DNA of 61,842 bases, the filler included, from Choristocarpus tenellus KU-1152 (Eukaryota > Protista > Phaeophyceae), in NCBI GenBank assembly GCA_964200185.2. It is 11 parts of 11 records of this genome, joined end to end, with 100 filler letters (N's around TTAATTAATTAA, not from the genome) between each part and the next. Parts side by side here need not be neighbours in the genome. Positions count along the whole stretch, not along the records: positions 50,050 to 55,177 come from CAXNAD020011785.1; positions 55,278 to 58,718 come from CAXNAD020020005.1; positions 58,819 to 61,842 come from CAXNAD020022859.1; 8 more parts are not named here. One strand, written 5' to 3'. Below, piece after piece: positions 50,050-61,842 of this stretch. The position numbers and the translations under genes were made by a program. Numbering within the stretch: position 1 is the stretch's first letter; each line of letters starts with the position of its first letter. The notes beneath the pieces are model-generated. The model worked only from the letters and a program-made list of their open reading frames with translations, was not told where the DNA came from and did no database searches.

Positions 50050-50977
50050 GTGAACAAACGGAAAACTCACCGTGCGATCGTTTCTTGCGTGATCTTGTCC
50101 CACGCTGCGCGCCCGAGTTCGATGGCGTCCAGTACATGCGGCTCGTGGCCCTGCGCCAACCCCAATGTACCCATTGTCATTCTCATTTTTTTCGCCTCCT
50201 GGTGCAGCCATGGGGCCTCTGCCATCATATCTACCTTCTCGGACAAGAGTGCCGACTTGTAGAGAGTTTTCCAAGCCTGGATGATTCCTGCATCTGCCGG
50301 CTGATGTTTACTTGTACAATTGGGTGGATATTCCATTACTTTCACCTACTTGTTGGGGTCTTCCAGGCTGGCATGGCTGTTGTGGTTGTACATGAGACGC
50401 AGAACGGGCTTTGATGTCATTTTGCGAACGTAGCATAGGAAGGCCCTAAACCAAAGACCAAAAGTGCGTGTATCTGACCACGCACGCGCCTGTTTCAGAT
50501 AAAGGGTGTCTATTGGCAGCAGTCTTTTGCCTCCTGGAAGGGGCACTAGATTTCTGCCCTCGGCTGTCAGCTACAGCACCAGACGAGCTACCATTCAGTG
50601 AGCCGAGCGATGAAGCCGATAACAATGCGCCCTTGCTATCAGCGCCCTCAACTTGATGCAGTGCCAAGCACTGCCCCTCACACAAACGTTTGCAGTCATT
50701 GTCGAGTTCGGGATCCTTTACACCACATATACCACCATTGAGGTACCCACCGCNNNNNNNNNNCTGCTGTGTGGTCATGACTCAGGAAGAAAGGCACTTT
50801 TAGCGAGAATTTTTTATGCGCGCGCCAAACTCGCATGAATATCTCCCCGACTCTGTGCCAAATCGCCCGAATACGAGAATTCCGGTACAAAAGTCTATTT
50901 TTTTTAGTATGTCGAAAAAAGCGGTACAAAAATGGGTTTGTTATATAATATTTGATATAAAATAGGTGTAGGTACTG
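50050..50977 (-). mobile_element. pogo/Tigger-like DNA transposon: 5' terminus plus degenerate DDE transposase
   Basis: Terminus TA|CAGTACC at 50977. KQARAWSD..F..WF...PVLRLMYNHNSH (decayed DN..SH) and PPNCTSKHQPADAGIIQAWKTLY...AAWDKITQETIAR. Truncated by the linker. Confidence 0.85.
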
Positions 50978-51117
50978 TACCATGGTCATTGGGTATTCTA
51001 CGGGCTCATACTCGCCGACCAGAGTGGGTCCAGCATTCTCTGACATCTCCAGATCATCTCCATTTCGAAATTGTACGGTTCTGTACTGGCTAACCTGCCA
51101 GTCTTTTTTTTTGTATG

Positions 51118-51150
51118 TACAGCCGCCACCCCCCCCAGATACTTTGAGCC
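51118..51150 (-). mobile_element. Solo MITE family A terminus
   Basis: cagccgccacccccccagatactttgagcc. Confidence 0.7.
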
Positions 51151-52239
51151 ATTACAACAGAATCTGGATGTTTCTCCTGACCAAAGTGTACTGACGCTAA
51201 AGTCTTCAAAAGCTCCCTGTGATAAAGGTGTACCAATGCCAGAGTCCTTTCAATCTTCTCCACCACCCTCTGCCACAATAGCCGAAGAACCGTAACACTC
51301 TTCACAAACACACCTGGCTCAATCAATTGTCGCCATTGTTGTCGAGAACATTCAACATGCTCTTGCTTCGAACCCTCAACGTGATGTCCCTTTGGCTACA
51401 TCTACTACTTACAAAGTGGTATGCTGGCCTGATACAACATCAGATTCCACTAAAAAAGGTAGACATGAAGGTTTGAATCCTTTTTCAAGGCGAACTCGTG
51501 GACGATTTACCCGCTACGTTGTTGGCATTTTTCCCTTAACAAGTGCACACATATTTTTTAACCACACTCATATGGATAATTTGATGGGTCCATACACGTA
51601 TGGGGTGGTCAGGGCTTTATCCCTATTTTGTCGAGTTTCGAATGGAAGATCCCCATGCACCTCTTTTTGCATCTCCAAACTTGTTTTCACCATACCCACA
51701 AAAATATTAATTGATGTGAATACTCGGGATGGTCGTTTATAGGTTTGAATCCTCTATCTTAAGCAGTAAATCGTTGGGATCCCTCGACCCTCTCAATGGC
51801 TTGCCCCTTAAGCAAAATAGATTTTGTTTTGAGCTCACTCGATGGGAGGTGACTGTGTTCCTCGTAGGCAGGCACACGGTTTCTGCTCCACATAGTCCAA
51901 AAGATTGGAACTGGAAGAAAACTCGACCTCATCACTTCAGAACTCCGGATATAATGGTTATTGACAACAATACTTGAAGGTGAGAAATAGAGTTTCACGT
52001 TCAAATCAAAATGATTAGACAGTATACAGATTCCTCAGAATGGAAGTGGACAATCCTTTCCTGACAAACACAGGATAAGCATGGCATCACCAGCATAGGC
52101 AAAGCACCTGTGGTTCAAGATGCTAGACAGATCGCCGAACAGAGTTCTGTAGAACCGTGTTTGCTGTACTTGAAGCTAAGCAAGCAACTACTGATGCTCT
52201 AAGACTATCGTCACGAAACAAGTCAAGGTGGAGATCAAA

Positions 52240-52346
52240 CTCTGAAATATTTCGGAGTAGGTAAAATGTCATAATTAACCTGTGGGAAGCCAAGTTCCAA
52301 ACGGACAAACAGGGCAAAACTCATACCCTATAAGATACTTTCAATC
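52240..52346 (-). mobile_element. MITE family B partial copy
   Basis: gtgggaagccaag...ggacaaacagggcaaaactcataccctataagatactttcaatc is the reverse complement of the family B left end. Confidence 0.75.
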
Positions 52347-52348
52347 TT

Positions 52349-52670
52349 ATGTTTGCAGAAGTGCAGTCAGCATCTCACCTACCACACTCTTCCACCAGCA
52401 ATGGTGTAGCTGCTGCTGCAGTGGAGGCGCGAAAGCGTACCCTCTATGAGGGCTCTTTTGAACCTAGTGGTTATAACCTCAACACCTTTGTGGTGGAAAG
52501 CTTTGGATGCCTCAGTAAGCAAGCGGAACGTTTTCTGGATGAGTTGGCTACGCATGTGGTAGGAGGCTACCACAGGAAAGCGTCTCCGCCAAATCCTGTC
52601 TATGACAGCTAGTCTCTGTCACAACCGAAGTAGCTCTATCTAGACGTGTCATGCATTTTAAGCTGGAGAC
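52349..52670 (+). mobile_element. 3' end of an RLE-type (CRE-clade-like) non-LTR retrotransposon
   Basis: AAAAVEARKRTLY...FVVESFGCLSKQAERFLDELA fits the AA...E..K...Y...F.VE.FG.LG..A..FL..LA restriction-like endonuclease C-terminus. Confidence 0.7.
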
Positions 52671-53350
52671 ACCACGGGGATGAGCAAGGAGGGGCTTGTT
52701 AGATTCTTGGGATGCTTCCCTAGCTTCTCACCTTGGGGTGTAGGACTAAGCTAGGTTGAAGGCAGAGGAGGGCAGCGGTGTAGCATAATTGGTAATAAAA
52801 TAGTAAATGGATAAATATTTACCACAACTGTTACCTTTTTAGGGATTGTTCTGATATTTGAATGGTTTTCATTGGTTTTGGCCTTGAGACACCTACAAAA
52901 TGTTAGAGGGCATAATAATAAAATATGCATTCTATATTATTTTCTATTTTACTGTTTTAGAGAGACAATTAAAAATTAGAACTTGTATTTATATACATCA
53001 TTATGTGTTTGGTGTTTGGGTGTCTGAGATGATTTTGTGACTTCAACATGTGTTCGATTCTGACAATCTACACTACTGAATTTCGGGACCTATTCAAGAA
53101 GGGTGAAATATGTAAATTAATAGAAATTTCCACGCATATAATATGCCTACCTCCTGGCATTCTCACTACACCTTTTGAAATATTCTTCGTGAAGTTGAAT
53201 CAAGAAAGATTTTGAAAGAGTATTGTTTACGGAGCGAAGTACAAATGTAGATTTTATCTCACTTTCAAGGCAATATTCAAAATTTGTTCATTTGAAATTT
53301 TATTCAATGGATCAGCTCCAGTTGCAGTTATCTCGTTCCTTGTATCATGT

Positions 53351-54450
53351 TTACATGTGATGATGTAGTGGGGTGAAGCTTATGATTTCAGCTTCAATTC
53401 GGTGTAACACTTGAAGTCTATCTCTAAATATTGACCCGTTGGCGTCTATATCTTTCAGCTCGTGTGTAACGGGTCGAGTTGAGCATGTCTCCCACAATAT
53501 CGTATCCTGTGTCTTGCCATATTTTATCATTTCCCTCTGGGCATGGGTAACCAGCTTGCCACAGCCTGCTGGTTTCCATCCACCTTCATTCTGATCCCAG
53601 TCAGGGTCACCGTACCACCACAGCCTTATCTGATCTCTCAATTGGGCATCGTTCTCCCCTTTGCATTCCAAAACCTGATGCTCTGCTTCCCATGTTGCCG
53701 AAACAGCTCTATGGGCTGAACTCGGGCGTACAAGACGGTGTCAAAATCATATCCCAGACCTTCCTCATTAACACCATTGTCCGCTAAAGGAGCTTGTCTG
53801 GACAGTGACTCCGGGGAATAGTCCTTGTCCAGGGGCAACCTCCTCTTTTACTCAGTCTAGTCCCACAACGAGGATTACCTTCAGAAAGGTCCCCACAGTT
53901 AGCACTCCAACGTTGTGGTCTCTCCTCCCTGCCCAAATTTGATTGTTTTGACCTTGTATATGAGTAATGCAGGTCTGTGTTACACCTCTTGGAGTTTGCC
54001 TTAGGACTCTTCTCCTCCTTATCAAAGTCATGGTGGTATGATGCATTGTTGAGACACAAAATCATCTTCCCAAGGTAACTCGACATGAATACAGGAGGAA
54101 GGTGTTTCAAGATCCACTGCATAAACATCTCATCTATTTACGTATAATATCATATTTACTTGTTCTATCATCATGTCACCAAAAGTCTGCTGTCTAGTGG
54201 GGGACTTAAAATTCCACTGCAAAACCCTTGACTTCCTCACTGCAGCCGTCCAGACCCTTGTCTGGTCTTTCCGCAGCTCCCACCTTGTTTTGTGGTGTCC
54301 CCACGTCCGTAGGTGCCTCGGAGGCCAACCCTCTCAACTTCTTGCTTTTGTTGTTCACCATCCTGGGACTCCTTCTTAGGGGTGTCGATAATTCTAGATT
54401 GGTTTTGAGTTAGAAAAAACAATTTGTTGAAGTTGCTTGTCTACTCCCGT
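53351..54450 (-). mobile_element. Degenerate IS630/Tc1-mariner-superfamily transposase
   Basis: MFMQW...LPPVF..YLGKMILCLNNASYHH (decayed DNA.YH) and VQPIELF..GK (P..NPIE motif), with frameshifts. Confidence 0.65.
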
Positions 54451-55277
54451 TCTCCCTGACCACCAAGTATGGTATTCTCTGCTGTCCTTGTCCGATCCAG
54501 AAAAGTCCGACATATATCAGGACTTTCAAAAGGCCTCCTCAATATTTGAGCTGAGAGATATGGGTGAGTTGGGCAGATCAATGGATTCTGTAAAGATGAG
54601 AGTGGATGAGGAGATTTTGTAGGAATATGATGGGATGAAACTCATGGTGGAAAAGGGCAACATTGACAGCGTCAAAGCTAACGAATATGAGCCTGTAACC
54701 TAGTAATTAATGTCAAAGACAACCCAGCAATATCGAAGTGCATTCTGAGTACTCTTAAGCATTTATTATCTCTTTAAATATTCTGCACTGGTAACGAAAA
54801 CGATTTGAGCCACCAAAGATGTATCCTATCAGTCCTGTATATATCAGCATTCGGATGACATATATTTCATATCATGGACAGGTAAAACAATTGTGTAAAT
54901 GTGAAAACAATAAAAAGGTTTATAATGACAGACATAGTCCCCCTCTACATATAGTGTACGCTATTGCACACTGTGTTGTGAATCAAAGGTGCCGCCAGAG
55001 CTGAATCGATGAGTAAGGACGACAGCTTTAATTCCATATGTATTTCATGAGATAAATAGACCTGTAGCAGATTCTACAGCGGTTTAAATGCCTCCAGTCT
55101 ACTTGGTGGGGCTGAAGTATTTTCTCCAAATTTGGCCTTAAGCGTAACACATCTTGGGTTCCACATGGACTTAGGACNNNNNNNNNNNNNNNNNNNNNNN
55201 NNNNNNNNNNNNNNNNNNNNNTTAATTAATTAANNNNNNNNNNNNNNNNNNNNNNNNNNNNNNNNNNNNNNNNNNNN

Positions 55278-55443
55278 ATAACAAAAAATAAATCAAAATC
55301 ACAACATTGGATTTTGACTCCAAATGGACGAGGCCTTACCCTCTAAGATACTTTGGCTCAAAATATCACTAAAAAAACATGGGAAGCCAAGCCCTAAAAG
55401 GACAAACAGGGAAAAACTCGTACCCTCTAAGACACTTTCACTC
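55278..55443. mobile_element. Two abutting MITE family B ends (right end 55278-55359, inverted left end 55360-55443), probable nested insertion
   Basis: Two successive accctctaaga(t/c)actt..ctc termini, with right-type and left-type subterminal sequence respectively. Confidence 0.75.
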
Positions 55444-55701
55444 TCACAATGACCAAATAGTAAATTGGAGGTGAATAATCCATCCTTTTTTTTCCCTCAC
55501 GAAATCTGGATTATAACTTACCCACTCTTCACATCCATCTACTCCTTATCAAATGACCTCACACCACTCCACACCACACCAACTCCACACCGCCACCAAT
55601 CATGCTACCCCAACTATTGCTATGAGACCAATCCACATATCCATTCTCCAAACTCCTGTTTTCAATTTCCACGGTTTCACTCATAAACCAATGGGACCAA
55701 T

Positions 55702-55959
55702 GAGTAAAAGTATCTTAGAGTGTACGAGTTTTTCCCTGTTTGTCTATTTGGGGCTTGGCTTCCCACGTTTTCTTAATGACATTTTCCTACCCTGATATGT
55801 TTTGGAGTAGGTAAAATGTGTACATTATGAAAAGGTGTGTCCGGAACAAGGATATTGACACTTCCTAACAAACGCCATGACCAACATTGCATCAAAATCG
55901 TAACATTGGATTTTGGCCCCCAAACGGACGCTGATCTACCCTCTAAGATACTTTGACTC
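55702..55959 (+). mobile_element. MITE family B, complete 258-bp copy with 4-bp TSD CAAT
   Basis: TIRs gagtaaaagtatcttagagtgt / accctctaagatactttgactc. CAAT at 55698-55701 and 55960-55963. Confidence 0.9.
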
Positions 55960-56999
55960 CAATTACGCATCGCATCCACTCACAAACCAGTGTGGCCACG
56001 TCCACATATCCGCTTCCAAACCAATGCGACCAATTTCTACATAACCACACCCACACCAATCCTCCCAAAAAGTTTCACCCCCATCGACAACACTCCGCAT
56101 TCCTCCACAATATTGCCCCATATTCATCCAAGAACACCTCACAATCATGCAAAACACTCCACCTCCATCCACTCCCATACTGTGCCTTTGAACTAGAACA
56201 CATCTGCCCTGATGAAGCTTGACCTCCCCTTCGTGTCGATGTTGTATCCAGTTCCTAGGCACTACCTCTTGCCCCAGTTGCCTCTCCAGTCCTTACTACT
56301 CTTTGCTAAACCCCTTCATGTCGACACTGGGCCCCTCTGGTAGCCCTCACGTATTAGACCTCACGTATTAGCCCTCACGTAACGTTTGAAGGCTCCTGAC
56401 TTCCGTTTTCCCCTTCCTCTGTACTACTAAATCAAGTGTCCCCATTGTTGCCATCCCTGTTGCTCCCCCAACCCACAATACGAATGTGATTGCCTGGTTC
56501 CTCGTGTTCATCTTCCACCTTCGACCAGACTGTCTATGCTCCCTGTCGTTGGTCTCCCAGACCTAGCCAGATTTCTGACCCCTGCATGATGATCTGTTAC
56601 ATCACTCTCCTGAAGCTTACCTCCATAGGATGTACAGCTCCAATCCACAGGCCTATCAATGACGCTGATGCTCGTACAAGCCTCCCAGGATACTCCAACA
56701 GTCAAAGGTCCAACAAGATTAACGGATATCAGGTCAGCAGAACAGGGGTACTTTTCTCAATCAATATCAGTGCATGAACTCGGTATCGGAATAAGAAAAG
56801 TCGAAAGAGGGGCGTCATTGATCGCCCGACACTCTTTCATTTATTTTATCGTCATTTACCGTTTATTTCTTTTGGTTTACAGACGTTGGAATACATCCGA
56901 AAACCGTTGCAAACATTCCCGAGTTACAGATCTTACTCTGCAACTTTTCACAAATCGGAGTCCCTCTTTTTAAGGTTCCCCACGCGTGTATACTGCTTG

Positions 57000-58718
57000 C
57001 AGATGTTAGAACGCAGGAAGAAATACTCGCGATATTTGCCTGTAAAATGCCGCCCAGCGTGAACTAGGAATACATGTTTCATGCTGACCACAAGCGATTG
57101 TCAAGGATCAGGACAATAAATATAATCCATCACCTCTCGTGCTGTGGCAGCATGTATTGATTGCCATTTAACAGAGGGACTCCAGTCACGAATTTGCTAG
57201 TTATTTCCAAAACAGGGATATCAGTTCCAAATTAACCAGTTGCTTCCAACAATGATCAACAACTCTCCTAGTTTCTTTTGAGAATAGATCCCCAAACATC
57301 GTAAGACACAGTCAGAATCAATACATGTCCTACCAAATCAGAGTATATACTTTCAAAAATATGTAACTCCAACTAGACCCAAAATAGATAACAAATATCA
57401 ATGTTTTTCTTGGGATAATCTGTCCCAAGAGTCACAGAATACCATCAGAGTCAATTTGCATCTGGCCTAATCTGAGTATATACTTTCTCCGTCTGAAACA
57501 CACCTTCAAAAGTTACAAAGCATACATCTCTGACATGACTTAAAATAAATGGGGCCCCCAGTTCCGATCTCCCTCTAATCGAAAATATTATTAATTTATT
57601 TCCTTGTCAGATCTTAACTGACGGCATTTTAGTATAAAGGAAAGTTCTAAGATAGATTGTTGTCATATTGGATAACAAAACGGAAGCAATGAACAGCTTT
57701 ACCTCCCTACAGTTGGATATTTATATTGATATACTGCAGGAGGATCTGGGTGTTGGAACTCTGACACAAATGGTACCCATGGTGACTGTGGGGATGATCA
57801 GAAGCCTTGACCTTCTCTAAATGACAGCATGCTCCGATGTTGTCTACGAAAATGTGTTGCTCCTAGAATAATTTCGTAAGGCAGTCCCACCACTATCCTA
57901 CATGCCACATTTCGCACTTTATCCTCTAGGGGAACGCTATTGGAAGTTTGCATGACCCCCCAATACCTGCATTGTTGGAATATTGCACCCTCTGGGGTTT
58001 GCTGCATGTGAGGTAGCTTTGCATGCTATATTGAGATATGGTAAGCCATTGCCACCTCCCCAAAGAGCAGTGCTGCACCAAAAAATAGATGACACATAAT
58101 TCCCCCCTCTTGCACCTGTGTCAAGGATTGCCTGGACAGGCATGCTCGAGTGGACTTTGCGTGGATGCCTTAGAAGGGAAAATATCCATACTTGACTATT
58201 GCAATGGGCAGGTGCTATGGCATATACTATCGAGGTAGGAATGGGAGTCATGCTGTCTATAGTTGGAATGACAGGGATCCCTGGAGCTTCAGACTTCAAG
58301 ACATCTTTGATGCTTCTGAATCGGTGGGGCTTCTCGCGAATAGTGGAGGAAGTTCCAAGTCTTGCATCCCTGCGAGGTATTGGGGATGGGTGAATGTTAA
58401 GGCTACCATCGTACGTGAATCATCAGTAGATTTAATACCTTGGGATTCGTGAGAAGGTCTCGAGAGATTTGAGAAGTATCCGTGTGTATACCTGCACTCG
58501 CCGATTATAGACCTGAACCAAACTCGACCAAAGGCATGGTGAAAGCAAAGCTGATGTGCGTTTAGCGATGCAACGACTTCGTCTTGGGAGGCGGACGGCT
58601 GAGGAAAGCCCTTACCCGAGTAGTATCGGCTTGTATCGCTCCCCCTGTTTATGGGTAAGGAAGGTGTGGATCGAAGCACAGGCTGGGGAGCGGGTGTAAC
58701 TGGTCGAACGGGTATGGA
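57000..58718 (-). mobile_element. Degenerate Ty3/Gypsy gag-pol (aspartic protease and RT remnants)
   Basis: VQAILDTGARGGNYVS and IVVGLPYEIILGATHF retropepsin motifs, upstream Cys/His cluster, downstream LLGQII (FLGH-like). Boundaries approximate. Confidence 0.65.
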
Positions 58719-58818
58719 NNNNNNNNNNNNNNNNNNNNNNNNNNNNNNNNNNNNNNNNNNNNTTAATTAATTAANNNNNNNNNNNNNNNNNNNNNNNNNN
58801 NNNNNNNNNNNNNNNNNN

Positions 58819-61135
58819 GAGGCGGGGGGGGGGGAGCAAATGGATGTGGTGAGAGTGCAATAGAGGCCATTGCAGAATCTGCTAGTGGTGCTGCAGAAAG
58901 TCTAAGGAAGGCAGGAAGGATGGCGGGAACAGAGGCTTGGTTGAAGGAGGTGAGTTGGTTCCTTTGGGGGCCGGGGGGGGCTCTTCATTTATGCATTGTA
59001 GTCAATTAGGGTTAGGACACTATGCATATAGGATTTATGCATTATAGTCAAATGTTGAGATACCAATTAGGGTTAGGACACTGGTACACTGGTACAAAGA
59101 AATGCAAAATAAGATGTTCTTGCAGTAAATAGCCACTGATGGTTGAGAGGTACAATGATGTACTTGGTACCATAATGGAGTAGGATTATATGGCTAGCAA
59201 CCTCAATATTCGACCTTAAATGATCAGAAATCACCTCATCAACTTCCAGTAAATAAAAAATTAGTAACTCTACAGCAAATTGGATGGGACTGATCAATCA
59301 TATCACAAGACCAAGGCCAATTCATAACCTTGCAGAAATACTCAAGATATAGACGGTGACTTTGAGGGTTATCAACAGGATTCCAAACTATGAAGGGCAG
59401 TGAATTACATTTGAAACGATAGATTGGTGTAGGGTTAGCCTATTCCTAACCCTAATCATGAGAAATTAAATATTAATTAAATATTACCATTACCACCAAC
59501 AAATACAAAAGGTATCTGTGTTTAGTATAAGATACATGGTATGAGATGCATTGCTCTAGTGTGACCTAAACCCAATATACCGACATTATTTTTTTATCAA
59601 AGTACTTGTCATCTTCTACCGTACCACTGACTGAACCCTATCCCTATTTGTATCCATTGTGCACAAGCTTCTACCCCAACACACTCACTAAGGAACACTG
59701 TATCATAGGTTCAACATCCCACCTAGACTACTTTCCCAACTCCCTATGGCAGGAGGATAACAATACGTTTTGGGAGGTTCCTTGGTATGGTCTAAATGGG
59801 AAATGTAATGATTGAGAATGGTTCGCAATTAGCAGATTTATTTCTACTTAGTAGTTACATTATATTCATATTGATGTGGAGAGCATGTATTAAAATCAGA
59901 AAATGCCCAGAAGTACCCCAACCTCTGATTTGATGAAAATCGAAATGCCACTTTCTGTTGATTACTTTCAGACATCCCTAACCCTACTATCTAACCCAGT
60001 GGAATTAAGAACTATACAGTGATACCTCAATTTCTTAATTTCTTTAAGTGAGCAAGATCAACTCAGATGTAGCCGGGATGGGATTGTGTAGAAAATCAAA
60101 AACTGCAGAGTGCGATATAATGGTACCTTATTTAAGATCTATTTATTATATTTAGTTATTTAGTTGTAGCCTGTTCATGGCAGGTCTAAGATTAATGTAA
60201 GGTTAAGGTTGTTTGATGATGCTATTAGCAGGCTAGTGCTAGTTGTGTTAGTTAGTCTAATGCCTACTGTGAGATTGGTTTTAAGTTAAAAAATGGAAAA
60301 TGATGATAAATTGATTGCAAGTTTGGTTAGTTAGGAGGGTTTTTTCAGAGTACGACAGGTTTGCTTCAAGAGTTAGGGTTAGGGTAAAATCATCACTACT
60401 TTAGTAGTAATAAGAATTAATTATAGAGTAATAATAGTAAGAGTGTTGGGTTGGGAGGAGAGAAAATGAAAGACAATTCTTGTGTCATCCCCTGATTATG
60501 CATCAATTTGATGTAGTATTTTTATATTTATGATGGTCGATCAATACTAACACTGCACTTGTTGGTGTTTTTTATTACACTATCTTATTACTATTGTAAG
60601 CAGCATTCTTTTTTTGAGAAAAAAAAAATGCTCTTCTTGTATGATTTCGTTACATTGGTTTCCCAAACATTGAATATGAAGGGATGTCATTGATGCATGT
60701 TGTAGTTGTGTTTTACAGCTTGAGTGAGGGAAGAAAAGTCCAAGATATCTGTCAGTAATAATACCCCTCATTGTAGTGTAATACATTATGAAGACCAGTC
60801 AAGATTTTAAACAGAGGTAAAAACAGGGAATTGGTTCTGTTAGGGTTAGGGTTAGGGTTATACAAGCATCCTTTTTTGTCTGTTGTTAGTCCATGACAAT
60901 GAATCGGGACAGGAACACCATCTCCCATACCTGCTTAAAACCTTCCTTGCAGTTAAAAACAGTTGAAACACCCCCACCTCTGTGAAAACAGTTATCTGTG
61001 GATGCAGCATGTACTTGGGATTCTACTGTCTCTATTTGCAGAACACTTTCAGCAGTGGTAAGAAAGTGTCGTAACCTCGAAGTGAAAGAGAACGCCCTCC
61101 AGGCTATGTACAAGACCGATGACAACATTTGCCAG
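58819..61135 (+). CDS. Internal exons of an unidentified spliced gene
   Basis: Exon-like segments ~58819-58949 (..AIEAIAESASGAAESLRKAGRMAGTEAWLKE|gtgagt), ~59753-59784, and ~61042-61135 (TLSAVVRKCRNLEVKENALQAMYKTDDNICQ|gtattt). A full in-frame model was not resolved. Confidence 0.4.
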
Positions 61136-61842
61136 GTATTTATTTTTTTTAATGCTTTTGTTAGTGATAGTTTGAAGTGTTATTGCGTGTGTGTGTACAA
61201 TTCAAGGGGGTTTCTGGTATGTATGGCGTGTATGATTGTGTGTGTGTGTGTGTGTGTGTGCATATAGGCTTTCTTCATTTATCTTACTTTCTGATCAGAG
61301 GTTTTAACTATTTGGTAATTTGAGTTTGTCAATCTATCAAGTCGATCAGATGGTCTCTGTGTTCAGGTGTTAATTGATGGTTAATTGATGGTTAGCATTG
61401 AGGAAGTGGCATATATAGAGAGGAAGTTGGGATATTGTTTTGTATGTTATTTCAATATTATTTTATAATTTTCACCCAAGTCTTTAGGTATTATTTTATA
61501 ATTTTAGGATCACAAAACCATCACCAAATAAGGCTTGCAGGAAAAGCAATGCAATACTTGAAAAACATAAAATGATACTACTGTAGAAGAAACAACCCTG
61601 AGCCAAGTAAGTTTACAAAATGGTTAGGGTTAGGGTTAGATGATGTTTACAAAAGAATAAGAAAACCTATATTAGACTCTGAGGGGCCTCTTGAGTGGTG
61701 AATGTTCCATCCGACTAATTCCATGTTCTTACATTTCAAACACTTTGATTAACTGGTTTATGGTTTATCTCATGTCTCAATCATCTCCCTCCCCCCCCCC
61801 CCCCCCCCCCCCCCTTTTTTTTTTTTTTCTCGGTGCTAACAA

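Overview
Eukaryotic nuclear DNA, not prokaryotic. It has spliceosomal GT/GC-AG introns, interstitial (TTAGGG)n, and CRTISO-like and mTERF genes plus a stramenopile-type tyrosinase; most likely a photosynthetic stramenopile such as a brown alga or relative (inference). The window is 11 contig pieces joined by ten artificial 100-bp linkers (N44-TTAATTAATTAA-N44), so adjacency across linkers is not biological. Genes spliced by hand: a complete 7-exon, ~754-aa membrane-anchored tyrosinase-like protein; a 3-exon 206-aa protein with three F-x-x-W-L-x-x-R-K-x-x-W motifs and a GC-AG intron, head-to-head with a possible TFIIA large-subunit gene; a signal-peptide coiled-coil protein with 14-aa repeats; and partial MCM5, CRTISO-like, mTERF and TMEM131-like genes. 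The rest is largely transposon debris (Copia, Gypsy, DIRS-like, CRE-type LINE, pogo, IS630/Tc1-like, hAT). The most distinctive repeat system is a set of at least three MITE families (~15 copies or ends). They share a G(A/G)(G/C)TCAAAGTATCT terminus and a subterminal CCCCAAATGGAC-like motif, the two cleanest copies have 4-bp TSDs (Sola2-like signature), and they sit at 8 of the 20 contig ends. All family assignments come from motif recognition, without database searches.
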